A stretch of DNA of 32,000 nucleotides from Rebecca billardiae RCC1528 (lineage: Eukaryota > Protista > Haptophyta): positions 1,308,908 through 1,340,907 of the forward strand of contig OZ251238.1 of the NCBI GenBank assembly GCA_965240325.2. Direction: 5' to 3'. The notes beneath the pieces were generated by a model. That model saw only the letters and a program-made list of their open reading frames with translations. It had not been told where the DNA came from and did not search any database. The position numbers were made by a program, and so were the translations under genes. Of this stretch, positions 1 through 9,128 are shown in pieces (positions within the stretch are counted from its first letter, which is position 1; each line of letters opens with the position of its first letter).

Positions 1-2600
1 CCGCCAACATCGAGGCCGGCGGCGGCATCGCGAGCGAGCAGAGCACGTCGCGCACGTACTGCATGCCGGTCGGGTCCTTGTCCACGCACGCCGTCAGCCC
101 GCACGCCTCGAACTCGTCGCGGTCGGGCGAGCCCTGCGGGTCGCCCGTCATGCCGATGATGATGCCGTCGTACCCGGCCGCGCGCAGCCGGCGCGTCGCC
201 TCGTCGCCGCGCATCGTCGGCATCTGATTGTCCATCAGCACGATGTCGTAGCGCACGCCCTCCTCGAGCATGCGCCGGAGGCACTCGGCGCCGTCGGCGG
301 CCGTGTCGTGCGGCACGCCGATCGCGTCGAAGACGCTGCTCCCGATCATCATCTGCAGCATCATGTCGTCCTGCGCGGCACACGCCCGGGGCGGCGGGCG
401 CGCGTGAGCGCACGCGCACGAGGGGCGCGGCGCGCGGCGCGGCGCGCACCTCGACGTGCAGCGCGCGGAAGCTCGAGTGGAAGGCGAGCGCGGGGCGCGA
501 CTGCGGCGCGTCGTGGCTCGGCGTGGCCGCGCCCGCCACCGGGGGCGTGCGCACGCGCAAGCGCTCGCACGGCGCGCGCGGCGGCGAGTCGCTGCGGCCG
601 CGCGCGCAGCCGACGCCGTCGCCGTCGCCGTCGCCGCGCGCCGCGGCGCAGCCGCGCGCGAGGGCGGGCGGCGCGACGACGAGGGGCTGGGGCGGCGCGC
701 TCGCCAGCGAGCGGCTGGCGAGGCCAGGCGAGTGCGCCGGCGGGCGCAGGTCGCGGTTGGGCGAGGCGAGGTGCCAATCGCCCACGCGCGTCGACGAGTC
801 GGCGAGCAGCGCGGAGCCCGCGGCCGCGGCCGCGTCGGCGCCCGCCTCCGCGAGCGGCAGCGTGAGGCGGAAGGTGGTGCCGAGCCCGGCGCCGGCGGAG
901 TAGATGTGTAGCGCGCAGCCGCACTCGTGCAGCGCGAGCAGCTGGCGCACGATGCTCAGCCCGAGCCCCGTGCCGCCGCGCCCGCCGAGCTGCCCCTGCC
1001 CCACCTGCGCAAAGTCCTGCCCCGAGCGCAGCGTCGCGAGCTCGGCGGCGCCGATGCCGATGCCGTCGTCGACCACGTCGATCACGAGCGCGCCGCGCGA
1101 GGCGGCGTCGGCGGGCTCGCGCGAGGCGCGGAGGCGCACGACGCCGCCCGGGTCGTTGAACTTGATCGCGTTGCTCAGCCCGTTGTTCAGGCACTGCAGC
1201 AGCCGGCGCGCGTCGCCGACGAACTGCACGTCCTCGAGCTCAGGCGGCAGGGGCTCGCATTCGACCTTCACTCCCTTCCACGAGGCGTTGCCCACGATCG
1301 AGCGCAGCGCGGCGTCGAGCAGCCCGCGCGCGGTGAAGACGGAGCGGACGAGGACGAGGCGGCCCGAGTCCATCCGCTCGAAGTCGAGCATGTCCGAGAC
1401 GATGCCCTGCGTGAGCGACGAGCACGCGCTCACCACGTGCAGCATCTCGGCCGCGCGCGCCGAGTCGGTCGGCGTGCCGGCCGGCAGCGCGAGCAGCGCC
1501 TTGGCCGCCGTCTCGATCGAGAGGAGCGGCGAGCGCAGGTCGTGCATCACGACGCGGACGAGGCGCGAGCGCGCCTGCGTCGCCGCCTGCGCGGACTCCA
1601 GCTTGCTCTCCCTGCGCGCCTCCGCGCGCGCGAGCGCGCGCAGCTGCGTCGCCGACGCGTCGACCGAGCGGAGCGCGTGCCACATCTCGCGGTGCGAGCG
1701 CGCGAGGTGCGCGCGGATGAAGATCGTGAGGGCGGTGAAGGCGAGCAGGCAGAGCGAGAGCACCGCGGCGAGCGCGGCGTCGACGGCGCGCGACTGCTCG
1801 GCCGAGAGCGCCGCGCACTTGAGCGCGCAGCCGCCCGTCGCGGCGCGCGCGCGCTGCGCGCCCGCCGCGCCGCCGTGCGCGAGCAGCTCGGCACCGAGCG
1901 ACGCGAGCGCGCTCGGCGCGACGACGCACGCGTACAGCAGCGGGCGGAGCGGGATGAAGACGGCGATGGTCGCCTGCAGCAGCATCACGTGCGCCGCGAG
2001 CACCGCCTGCTGCGAGAGCACGCCCGACGCCACGCCCGCCTCGCTGAACACGCCGGGCCACGAGCGGCCGCCGAGCGCGAGCGCGAGTGCGCACGTGGTG
2101 AGCGCAAACGTGGCCCCAAAGCACGCCTCCGTCCAGCAGAGCTGCAGGCGCCACCGGCGCGCGATGGCCGCGAGCGCCGCGCACGCGAGCCAAAGCACGC
2201 CCACGCCCGCCATCAGCGAGACGAAACCCGCGTTGGCGCCGCCCGCCCACGCCGCGCCGAGCGCCGGCGTCGCCCACGCCGCGCTCAGCGCCGCCATCAG
2301 GTACGAGAAGCGCGCCACGCGCCTCTGCAGCAGGTCCTTCACCTCGCACCGCCGGTACTCGGCCTCGCGCGCGGGCCCTTGGAACTCCTGGTGCCACGCG
2401 AAGCGAGGTGGCTCGACGTCGAGCGAGCGGCTCGTCGTGATCGAGACCGAGCTCGACGACACTTGGCTGTCGGACAGCGCCTCGTCGTCTTCGTCCGAGC
2501 GCGCCGTCACACCGGATGCGCGCCTCTGGCGGAGGGCGTAGTCGCGCTCGAGCTGCGCGAGCGTGCGTCGCGACGAGTCCTTCCACTCGGACTCTGACAT
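1..2600 (-). CDS. Hybrid sensor histidine kinase (N-terminal multi-TM region, HisKA, HATPase_c, C-terminal response-regulator receiver), 3' end truncated by the window edge
   Basis: Minus-strand reading from ATG at 2600 (MSESEWKDSSRRTLAQLERDYALRQRR...) stays open to base 1. Contains hydrophobic segments, H-box VVMHDLRSPLLSIETAAKAL, N/G boxes LQCLNNGLSNAIKFNDPGG...VIDVVDDGIGIG...GGRGGTGLGLSIVRQLL, and receiver motif RYDIVLMDNQMPTMRGDEATRRLRAAGYDGIIIGMTGDP...CVDKDPTGM. Absent from the ORF track because it has no stop inside the window. Confidence 0.93.
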   Translation of the reverse strand, partial: MSESEWKDSSRRTLAQLERDYALRQRRASGVTARSDEDDEALSDSQVSSSSVSITTSRSLDVEPPRFAWHQEFQGPAREAEYRRCEVKDLLQRRVARFSYLMAALSAAWATPALGAAWAGGANAGFVSLMAGVGVLWLACAALAAIARRWRLQLCWTEACFGATFALTTCALALALGGRSWPGVFSEAGVASGVLSQQAVLAAHVMLLQATIAVFIPLRPLLYACVVAPSALASLGAELLAHGGAAGAQRARAATGGCALKCAALSAEQSRAVDAALAAVLSLCLLAFTALTIFIRAHLARSHREMWHALRSVDASATQLRALARAEARRESKLESAQAATQARSRLVRVVMHDLRSPLLSIETAAKALLALPAGTPTDSARAAEMLHVVSACSSLTQGIVSDMLDFERMDSGRLVLVRSVFTARGLLDAALRSIVGNASWKGVKVECEPLPPELEDVQFVGDARRLLQCLNNGLSNAIKFNDPGGVVRLRASREPADAASRGALVIDVVDDGIGIGAAELATLRSGQDFAQVGQGQLGGRGGTGLGLSIVRQLLALHECGCALHIYSAGAGLGTTFRLTLPLAEAGADAAAAAGSALLADSSTRVGDWHLASPNRDLRPPAHSPGLASRSLASAPPQPLVVAPPALARGCAAARGDGDGDGVGCARGRSDSPPRAPCERLRVRTPPVAGAATPSHDAPQSRPALAFHSSFRALHVEVRAAPRAAPLVRVRSRAPAAPGVCRAGRHDAADDDREQRLRRDRRAARHGRRRRRVPPAHARGGRALRHRADGQSDADDARRRGDAPAARGRVRRHHHRHDGRPAGLARPRRVRGVRADGVRGQGPDRHAVRARRALLARDAAAGLDVG

Positions 2601-2701
2601 CGCCGCCGGCGAGAGCGCTGTGCTTCTCGCAGTCACGCGCGTGGGCGAACGTCGAGGACGTGGGCGAACGCTGTCGTTCGCCAGTCGTGGCTAAACCGGT
2701 G

Positions 2702-3282
2702 GGGTGGGTCGAATCGACGCGGCGAGGCCGTGCGAAGCTTGGGAGCGGACGGTTTCCGCGGTTGAATTAGCGGCTCCCCGCGCGACGAAGCGACGTCGCT
2801 CTAAACGATCAAAATCGAACTGATGAAGGATTTCATATGCACGGGCTACTTGCGAACCATACTCAGCTTGGGGGAAAGACCGCTCGGACGAAGCCTTGAT
2901 GTCAAAAGCGCACGATACCGTGGGTAGTATCTTGAACGGGTAGCCGGGTAGTTCCATCATTCCAAGTACGTGCATGTATTACTATTGGTGAACCGGGTGG
3001 GTCGAATCGACGCGGCGAGGCCGTGCGAAGCTTGGGAGCGGACGGTTTCCGCGGTTGAATTAGCGGCTCCCCGCGCGACGAAGCGACGTCGCTCTAAACG
3101 ATCAAAATCGAACTGATGAAGGATTTCATATGCACGGGCTACTTGCGAACCATACTCAGCTTGGGGGAAAGACCGCTCGGACGAAGCCTTGATGTCAAAA
3201 GCGCACGATACCGTGGGTAGTATCTTGAACGGGTAGCCGGGTAGTTCCATCATTCCAAGTACGTGCATGTATTACTATTGGT
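2702..3282. repeat. Perfect tandem direct duplication, period 293 bp (copy 1 2702-2994, copy 2 2995-3282)
   Basis: Text from gggtgggtcgaatcgacgcgg to ...catgtattactattggt occurs twice with offset 293 and I see no mismatch; both copies carry the same minus-strand ORF (MHVLGMMELPGYPFKILPTVSCAFDIKASSERSF...). Confidence 0.97.
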
Positions 3283-4305
3283 CGTCATCATTCGTCAAAA
3301 CTCGCTATATGAGGGTATGCTTTCATTTGGTGAGAATGTTGGAAGGAATATTTAGCCAAACGCTGGCTATGTGCAAGGAGGGCCTTCATTGGTCGCTTGC
3401 TCATGATTATTAGTGCTGAGGAGGAAGTGGTAACAATATGGGTTGGCGCTGCGCGTCAACTTGGGCTGGAAACCTGTTTCTGAAACGCATGATGGCACGC
3501 CGGGCCGGTAGCCCGAGCTCGGAATTCCGACGCTGCCAACGGCGCCACAGGGGCGCAGCGGCGGGGCTGACGACGCGCGCGCGTGTGCACGTCTGACCAC
3601 GGAGTGCGCGCTGCAATGACTGACCCGTCCGCAGCACCACGCCCCGCGCTGTGAGTGAGAGTGTGGCCCGCGCCCAAGCGAGAACGCGGGCCGGGCGGCA
3701 CTCCGCCGACCTCGCTGGCCGCCGACCAGCCCGCGGCCGCCTGCTGCAGCTCGTGGAACACGCAGTCGCGCGCTCGCGCGTGGAGGGCGGACCTGCGCGT
3801 ATGCGCCCGCCGGGCTTGCCGCTTCATCCGCTGGCACCGCAGTGCAGGTCGAGCCGTCCGCCGCCCACCGAGCCGGCGCCACGCCTCGCGTTCGTGCTCG
3901 AGCTGAGGCGGCGGCGTGTCGCCCGAGCCGGCGGGGTCGCGCGCGTGCGCGTGGTGGGCAGCCTCGCGCGTGCGCCCGCCGCGCGCCCCGCGTCTCTCGC
4001 TTGGCGCCGCACGCGAGCCGCTCGTCGCGCGACCGAACGAGACGTCAATCGCAAGGGCGACCCTTGGAATGGCGTGGGCTCTCCGCCTTGTCGTCCTTCA
4101 CGGGACGTCGTCGATGCGAGGCCGCGCGAGGTTGCTCCGATGCTCGTAGTCCAATGCAAGATGATACCCGCGTGCCAATATCAGCGCGCCCCTTTGCTCG
4201 TGAATTGTCTAGCGAGAAAGTGGCGGATCGTGTGAATGTGAAGTGTGAACTCGCGACACGACGAATGGGCCGATGCGATTCGCGCGAATGTGAGTACGCA
4301 AAGCG

Positions 4306-4349
4306 CCGAACGACGAGCGGCTTTTGACCGAACGACGAGCGGCTTTTGT
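4306..4349. repeat. Short tandem duplication, 22-bp unit x2 (ccgaacgacgagcggcttttga)
   Basis: gccgaacgacgagcggcttttgaccgaacgacgagcggcttttg read directly. Confidence 0.9.
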
Positions 4350-4550
4350 CCTATCGAGCGCGTAAGTGGGTACGCGAATTGCGCTTATGTGACCCGGTGG
4401 GTGGTGAGCCGGGCGTCAAATAAAGGCCTGCGACGGGCTGGTCCCCAGCGTGAAGTCGTGCCTTTGTTCTCGTGGGTTTCCAGAATAATTAATGCATGTC
4501 GTAGTGCTCCACGATGAATTAATCAACTAAATACTACTCCGAATCGCACG

Positions 4551-4722
4551 ATGGCAGACGATGGCGCGCGCATCAAAGTGCTGGTCACGGGGGCGACGGG
4601 CATGCTCGGCCGCTGCCTGGTGAGGCGACTCTCGCGCGCCCCCGAGAAGTACGAGGCTCTCGGCGCCTCGTACTTCCAGCCCAAACTTGCGGTTGATATT
4701 GCTGCGATTTTGGGCAAGTTTG
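4551..4722 (+). pseudogene. 5' fragment of an NAD-dependent epimerase / RmlD-like (MAT2B-like) reductase, truncated by repeat sequence
   Basis: MADDGARIKVLVTGATGMLGRCLVRRLSRAPEKYEALGASYFQPKLAVDI has the Rossmann GATGMLGR signature; the frame then enters low-complexity RARRRRRQ sequence that also recurs at 5350. Could alternatively be a first exon. Confidence 0.55.
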
Positions 4723-4724
4723 GG
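4680..4724. repeat. Inverted repeat/hairpin, 11-bp arms cccaaacttgc...gcaagtttggg
   Basis: Perfect complementary arms 4680-4690 and 4714-4724, 23-nt loop. Confidence 0.85.
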
Positions 4725-4771
4725 CCGAGAGCGCGGCGCCGCAGGAGGCAGAGGCCTCGAGGGCCTCCACC
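4714..4771. repeat. Dispersed repeat A, copy 1 (copy 2 at 5350-5405)
   Basis: gcaagtttgggccgagagcgcggcgccgcaggaggcagaggcctcgagggcctccacc recurs at 5350 with a 2-nt deletion. Confidence 0.9.
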
Positions 4772-4836
4772 CCCCCGACACCGCGCGCACCCAAGGCCAT
4801 GCCCACCCAGCAACCAGCAGGGTGGGAGGGCAGGGA

Positions 4837-4960
4837 GAAACAACTCCCAGAGGAGGAGCAGCCACCAGCGCAGCGGTGACCAGAGCAGCCACGCCGGCCG
4901 CCGCGCCGCGGGTGCAGCCAGCGAGCGCGGCCGCACCCAGACGCGCATCGCTTGCCAAGC
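4837..4960. repeat. Dispersed repeat B, copy 1 (124 bp; copy 2 at 6163-6286)
   Basis: gaaacaactcccagaggaggagcagccaccagcgcagcggtgacc...cgcatcgcttgccaagc; nearly identical second copy, same orientation. Confidence 0.93.
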
Positions 4961-5349
4961 TGCTGAGCCAATCCAGGCCCGCGCCCAATCCGGGCCTGGC
5001 TCGGCTTGACGACCGGAAAACCTCCAGGCAGCCGGACCCTGGCTGCCAGCCCGCCCTCATGAGGGCTACCGGTGAGTTATACCCGCATAACCGAGCGGTT
5101 ATACAACCATAACTCACTCGGTAGACCCACATGAGAGTAGATTGAGGTGGGGGCCGCGTTGATAAACGCGTGAGGTGACTAGGTCACACCCCCGAAGCCG
5201 TCCAGGATGCGACGCCGACCAGGAAGGACTCGCCGATGCATTCGAGCAACTACGCCGACAGAAGCCGATGACCGCCTAGACGCCGAAGAGGAAGTACTCG
5301 ATGGAGCACGTAGACCGCAGGCGCTGGCAGCCGACGCCCCCCCCCCAAC

Positions 5350-5405
5350 GCAAGTTTGGGCAGAGCGCGGCGCCGCAGGAGGCAGAGGCCTCGAGGGCCT
5401 CCACC
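5350..5405. repeat. Dispersed repeat A, copy 2
   Basis: Match to 4714-4771. Confidence 0.9.
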
Positions 5406-5760
5406 CAGAAGGAGGTGTGGAATGCCACACCCCGCAGGGGTGGTGGCCGGGGGCCCGAAGAGGCCGAGGCCGCCGAAGGAGTAGCGCGAGGACCGAAGGC
5501 GGCAGAGGCCCAGAGGGGCTCCCCGCAGGGTTGTATGAGTAAGGACGATCCAGACGGCATGAGACAGTGGGCACGAAGACATGCGCGGCGGCGGCGGCGC
5601 AGGCGGGAAGCAGGCGCGAGACACGCACGCGTAGCGTCAGATAAGGTAGCAGGTCGCATCCCACACACAGCAGTGCACGGCAGACTGCAGAGGAGGCGGC
5701 AGAGAAGGAGAGAGCAGCACCCACCCGCCAGGCGATGAAGGCAAGCGAGACTGCGAAGCG

Positions 5761-6084
5761 TGAGAAGATTGCAGACGGGGACGCCTGGGAGCGGTTCCCA
5801 GGCGCCCCCATCGAAAGCAGAGCATGAGAAGATTGCAGACGGGGACGCCTCGAAGCGGTTCCGAGGCGCCCCCGTCGAAAGCAGAGCATGAGAAGATTGC
5901 AGACGGGGACGCCTCGAAGCGGTTCCGAGGCGCCCCCATCGAAAGCAGAGCATGAGAAGATAGATTGCAGACGGGGACGCCTCGAAGCGGCTCCGAGGCG
6001 CCCCCATCGAAAGCAGATAGAGCATGAGAAGATTGCAGACGGGGACGCCTCGAAGCGGCTCCGAGGCGCCCCCATCGAAAGCAG
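5761..6084. repeat. Tandem array, 5 copies of a ~64-bp unit (starts ~5761, 5825, 5889, 5953, 6025), each with an internal hairpin
   Basis: Unit tgagaagattgcagacggggacgcctcgaagcggttccgaggcgcccccatcgaaagcagagca repeated; last full period 72 because of a tag/ata insertion. Confidence 0.95.
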
Positions 6085-6162
6085 AGAGCAAGCAGGGCAG
6101 GTGCACGAGTGGAGAGAGCGAGGGCTGAGGGCGGCCTACCGCCGACGCACACGCACCTGGAA

Positions 6163-6286
6163 GAAACAACTCCCAGAGGAGGAGCAGCCACCAGCGCAGC
6201 GGTGACCAGAGCAGCCACGCCGGCCGCCGCGCCGCGGGTGCAGCCAGCGAGCGCGGCCGCACCCAGACGCGCATCGCTCGCCAAGC
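6163..6286. repeat. Dispersed repeat B, copy 2
   Basis: Match to 4837-4960 with one visible substitution (cttgcc to ctcgcc). Confidence 0.93.
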
Positions 6287-6417
6287 GATATTATTATAAT
6301 CCGATATATATGCCAACACAGTGCGCTAACCGCCACCGAAAGTTGAATTGGCAGAATCGGCCGATTCCGCGATCAGGGACGTTTTCGCGGAGGCCGGCCG
6401 CCATCGCTGGCGCAGCC

Positions 6418-7150
6418 ATCCGCGCGCGAACACGCGCGCGCAGCGACGCCAGCCGCATGGCGTGCGCCAAGACGGGGGGCGGCTGAGTTCTGCATCGCCT
6501 ACGCTCGTTCGGGCTCGCGGGTCATGCCTCCCATCGCGGCCGCCTCCGTCCGCCTTTGACCAGAGTGCGCGTGCAGGTGCGCCAGCAGTCTGCGACATTG
6601 CCTCCCGCGCGCCGCGCCACACCGCGGCTGACAGGGGGGTCTAGGAGGGAATCGCAGAAAGTTACGTGGCTGAAATTGTTCGGTGGACACGCATCATCAA
6701 AGGTAGCACAGCTGCGTTTCGCCGTTGACGAGCTGCACCCCCCCTCAATTCGCGGGCTCCCCGCGGACGCTTTGCGAGCAGGAACATCTGAAATCCGCAC
6801 GCGAACATGCGCGCGCAGAGACGCCAGCCGCATGGCGTGCGCCAGAACAGGGGGCGGCTGAGTTCTGCATCACCTACGCTCGTTCGGGCTCGCGGGTCAT
6901 GCCTCCCATCGCGGCCGCCTCCGTCCGCCTCTGACCGGAGTGCGCGTGCCGGGTGCTCGGCAGCCTGCGCCCGCACCTCGCGCGCGCCGCGCCACACGGC
7001 GGCTGACAGCGGGGTCTAGGAGGGAATCGCAGAAAGTTACGTGGCTGAAATTGTTCGGTGTACACGCATGACCAAGTGCATCACAGCTGCGTTCCACCAT
7101 TCACGAGCTGCACCCCCTTCCATTTGCGGGCGCGCCGCTGCCGCGCTCGC
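6418..7150. repeat. Diverged tandem duplication, period 375 bp (copy 1 6418-6792, copy 2 6793-~7150)
   Basis: acgccagccgcatggcgtgcgcca...ctacgctcgttcgggctcgcgggtcatgcctcccatcgcggccgcctccgtccgcc and gggtctaggagggaatcgcagaaagttacgtggctgaaattgttcggtg occur twice with constant offset 375. Confidence 0.92.
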
Positions 7151-9128
7151 GCAGGCGCATGGGATGGCACGTGTTGGCTCGATCATCGGGATCAAGCGGG
7201 CTGCGCAGGCAGTGGGCTGGCGTACGAGCTCACTACACGCGCAGTGTCAGAATACGCTGCATCAGGTGTGCCCCGTCGGCTTTGCTGCTGAGCATACGGC
7301 ACACGACGGGCACTCGAGCAGTGTGGCTGGCGATGAGCCCGAGCATCCCAGCTGGCATGCGAGTGGCTTACTGGGCGCAGCTGATGCACGAACACCCTGC
7401 GTTGCACACCGAAGGTGCCAGAAGCACGCGTTCTTGCCATCCAGTCGTATCGTCCGGCCCCCATGCGCTCAAGACGGGTGAGGAGATCTGCACGCGTACG
7501 CGCGCGCTGCCGATTCCCGAGGAGCGCATCTGGGCGCTCGGGTTGCCTCCACAGGGGCACCTGAGCTTGACTCGAGGGCTGAGTGGAGCAGGCGCCGAAA
7601 GACGCACGACGAGTGGCCGGCGTGATTGTCTGGGGTCTCCTCGTGGCGCGCTTGCACGTTTTCGGCGCATCACCACTGTGCTGACTTTGCGGCGGCGCCC
7701 CGACCGCGCCCCGAGTGACCGTGTCATCGGCTGACCCGCTGACTGCACCAGTGCACCGTAGTCCCGGTACGTCCGTACCAGGCGCAGCTGAGACTCGCGC
7801 AGAGTAGCGCGGCGCCTATGGCTATAGCCCGGTCGTAGCTTGCGCGTATAGGAGTAGCAGTTGTCGTCATGCGACCTGCTCGCCTGCTGCGCTAATAAAA
7901 TTTGATGACTGGCCGACCGCGGACCAAACCTGTGCGCACGCAGCAGGATTCCACTTCCAGCGACGCGGGCAGCGTGCCCGCGCGTCGACCCGACGGCCAG
8001 CAGTCAGCTCGCGTCGCGTCGGCGGACGGCTGGCTGGCGGATGAGTCGGCAGGCTTGGGGAGCCCGCGGGCGCGGCACGCCACGCCGATTGCATGCTGCT
8101 GTAGTTGCGCATCGCCTCTTCGTAGACGCGCTGCCTCACTCTCAGCTGAGCTCGGGCCGTCGGGTGCGACGACGGCTGGCGGGAGCCGCTGACAGTGACG
8201 TCATCGGACGACCGACCGCGAACTCCGACCTGGCTGACGGCAGCGCGAGCAGCGCAGCACGGCGCGGCGCGATGCGATCTGCGGCGTGGCGTGGCGGTGG
8301 GCCCGCGTGACACGCTGCCAGCGCCACTGGCGCGCGAGACCCCGCCCCGTCTCCGCAGCGCCGCGCTCACATGTGACCACGACCTGCACAACACGGGCCG
8401 TGGTCAGAAAGCCGTCGCGCGCGTGTTCATTTACGCGGCACCTTGGTGCTGAGCGCCAGCCGAGAGGTAGTGGCGACGACGACAGCCACTCCAGGTCGAT
8501 GTGCACCTGCGTCTGTGCCCGGGTGCCGCTGGGATGCGATTGAGGATGAGATTGCGGCAGCATGCCCTGATATGAGCAGCGGTCAGTTTGGAGAGCGTGA
8601 GTCGTGCCAGCACACGAGAGCAGACGTGCACGTTTCGAGCAGCCGAGCTGGACCATGAAAGTCGGGAAACCAGCGCGCATGCCGCGCACCCGAAAGAGCC
8701 GACCATCTCCGCATGCTCAGAGCAGCCGGCGGCGCGCTCGCAGAGTCGCTTCGGAGTCGCTTTGCGGCCGTCTCGGCGCGTGTCATGTGGAGCTGCTCTC
8801 GAGGCGAAGGAGGAGGAAGGCGTTGATCAGCGCCGCTGAAGACTAGGACTAGGCTCTCTCGCGAGGTCCGCCGCGCGGTCTACGCCGCCGATCACGGCCT
8901 CTTGAGGACGGTCGGCCAGCGCGCGCGTCGGCAGCCATCGTGACGCCTCTCATTCAACTTTCGGCCCGTGTTAGCGCACTGTGAATATGGCGGTATCATA
9001 TATATATATATGCTGCGCTCACAGTGACGATCGATGCTGATATCCCTCGCGTACTGGCGGGCGTCGTGTCGACGACGTCGACTTCCTGCCGGCGCCGTCA
9101 CCATCAGCACTCATCACTGCGCACTGCG

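Noticed and set aside
904-2597. 545-aa and 556-aa plus-strand ORFs
   Set aside because: Opposite to the clearly coding minus-strand histidine kinase; Ser/Arg/Ala-rich shadow composition with no motifs.
5761-6084. CRISPR array
   Set aside because: Near-identical 64-72 bp units with no unique spacers between short repeats, no cas genes, eukaryote-like context. It is a tandem satellite.
5179-6319. 298-aa and 347-aa minus ORFs over the repeat array (repeated 'RWGRLGTASRRPRLQS')
   Set aside because: The apparent peptide repeat simply reflects the 64-bp DNA tandem array; open in several frames, with no independent coding support.
8996-9014. (TA)n stretch near 9.0 kb as a possible promoter TATA element
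   Set aside because: Simple atatatatatat dinucleotide run just downstream of the minus-strand MATE gene's 3' end; no evidence of promoter function.
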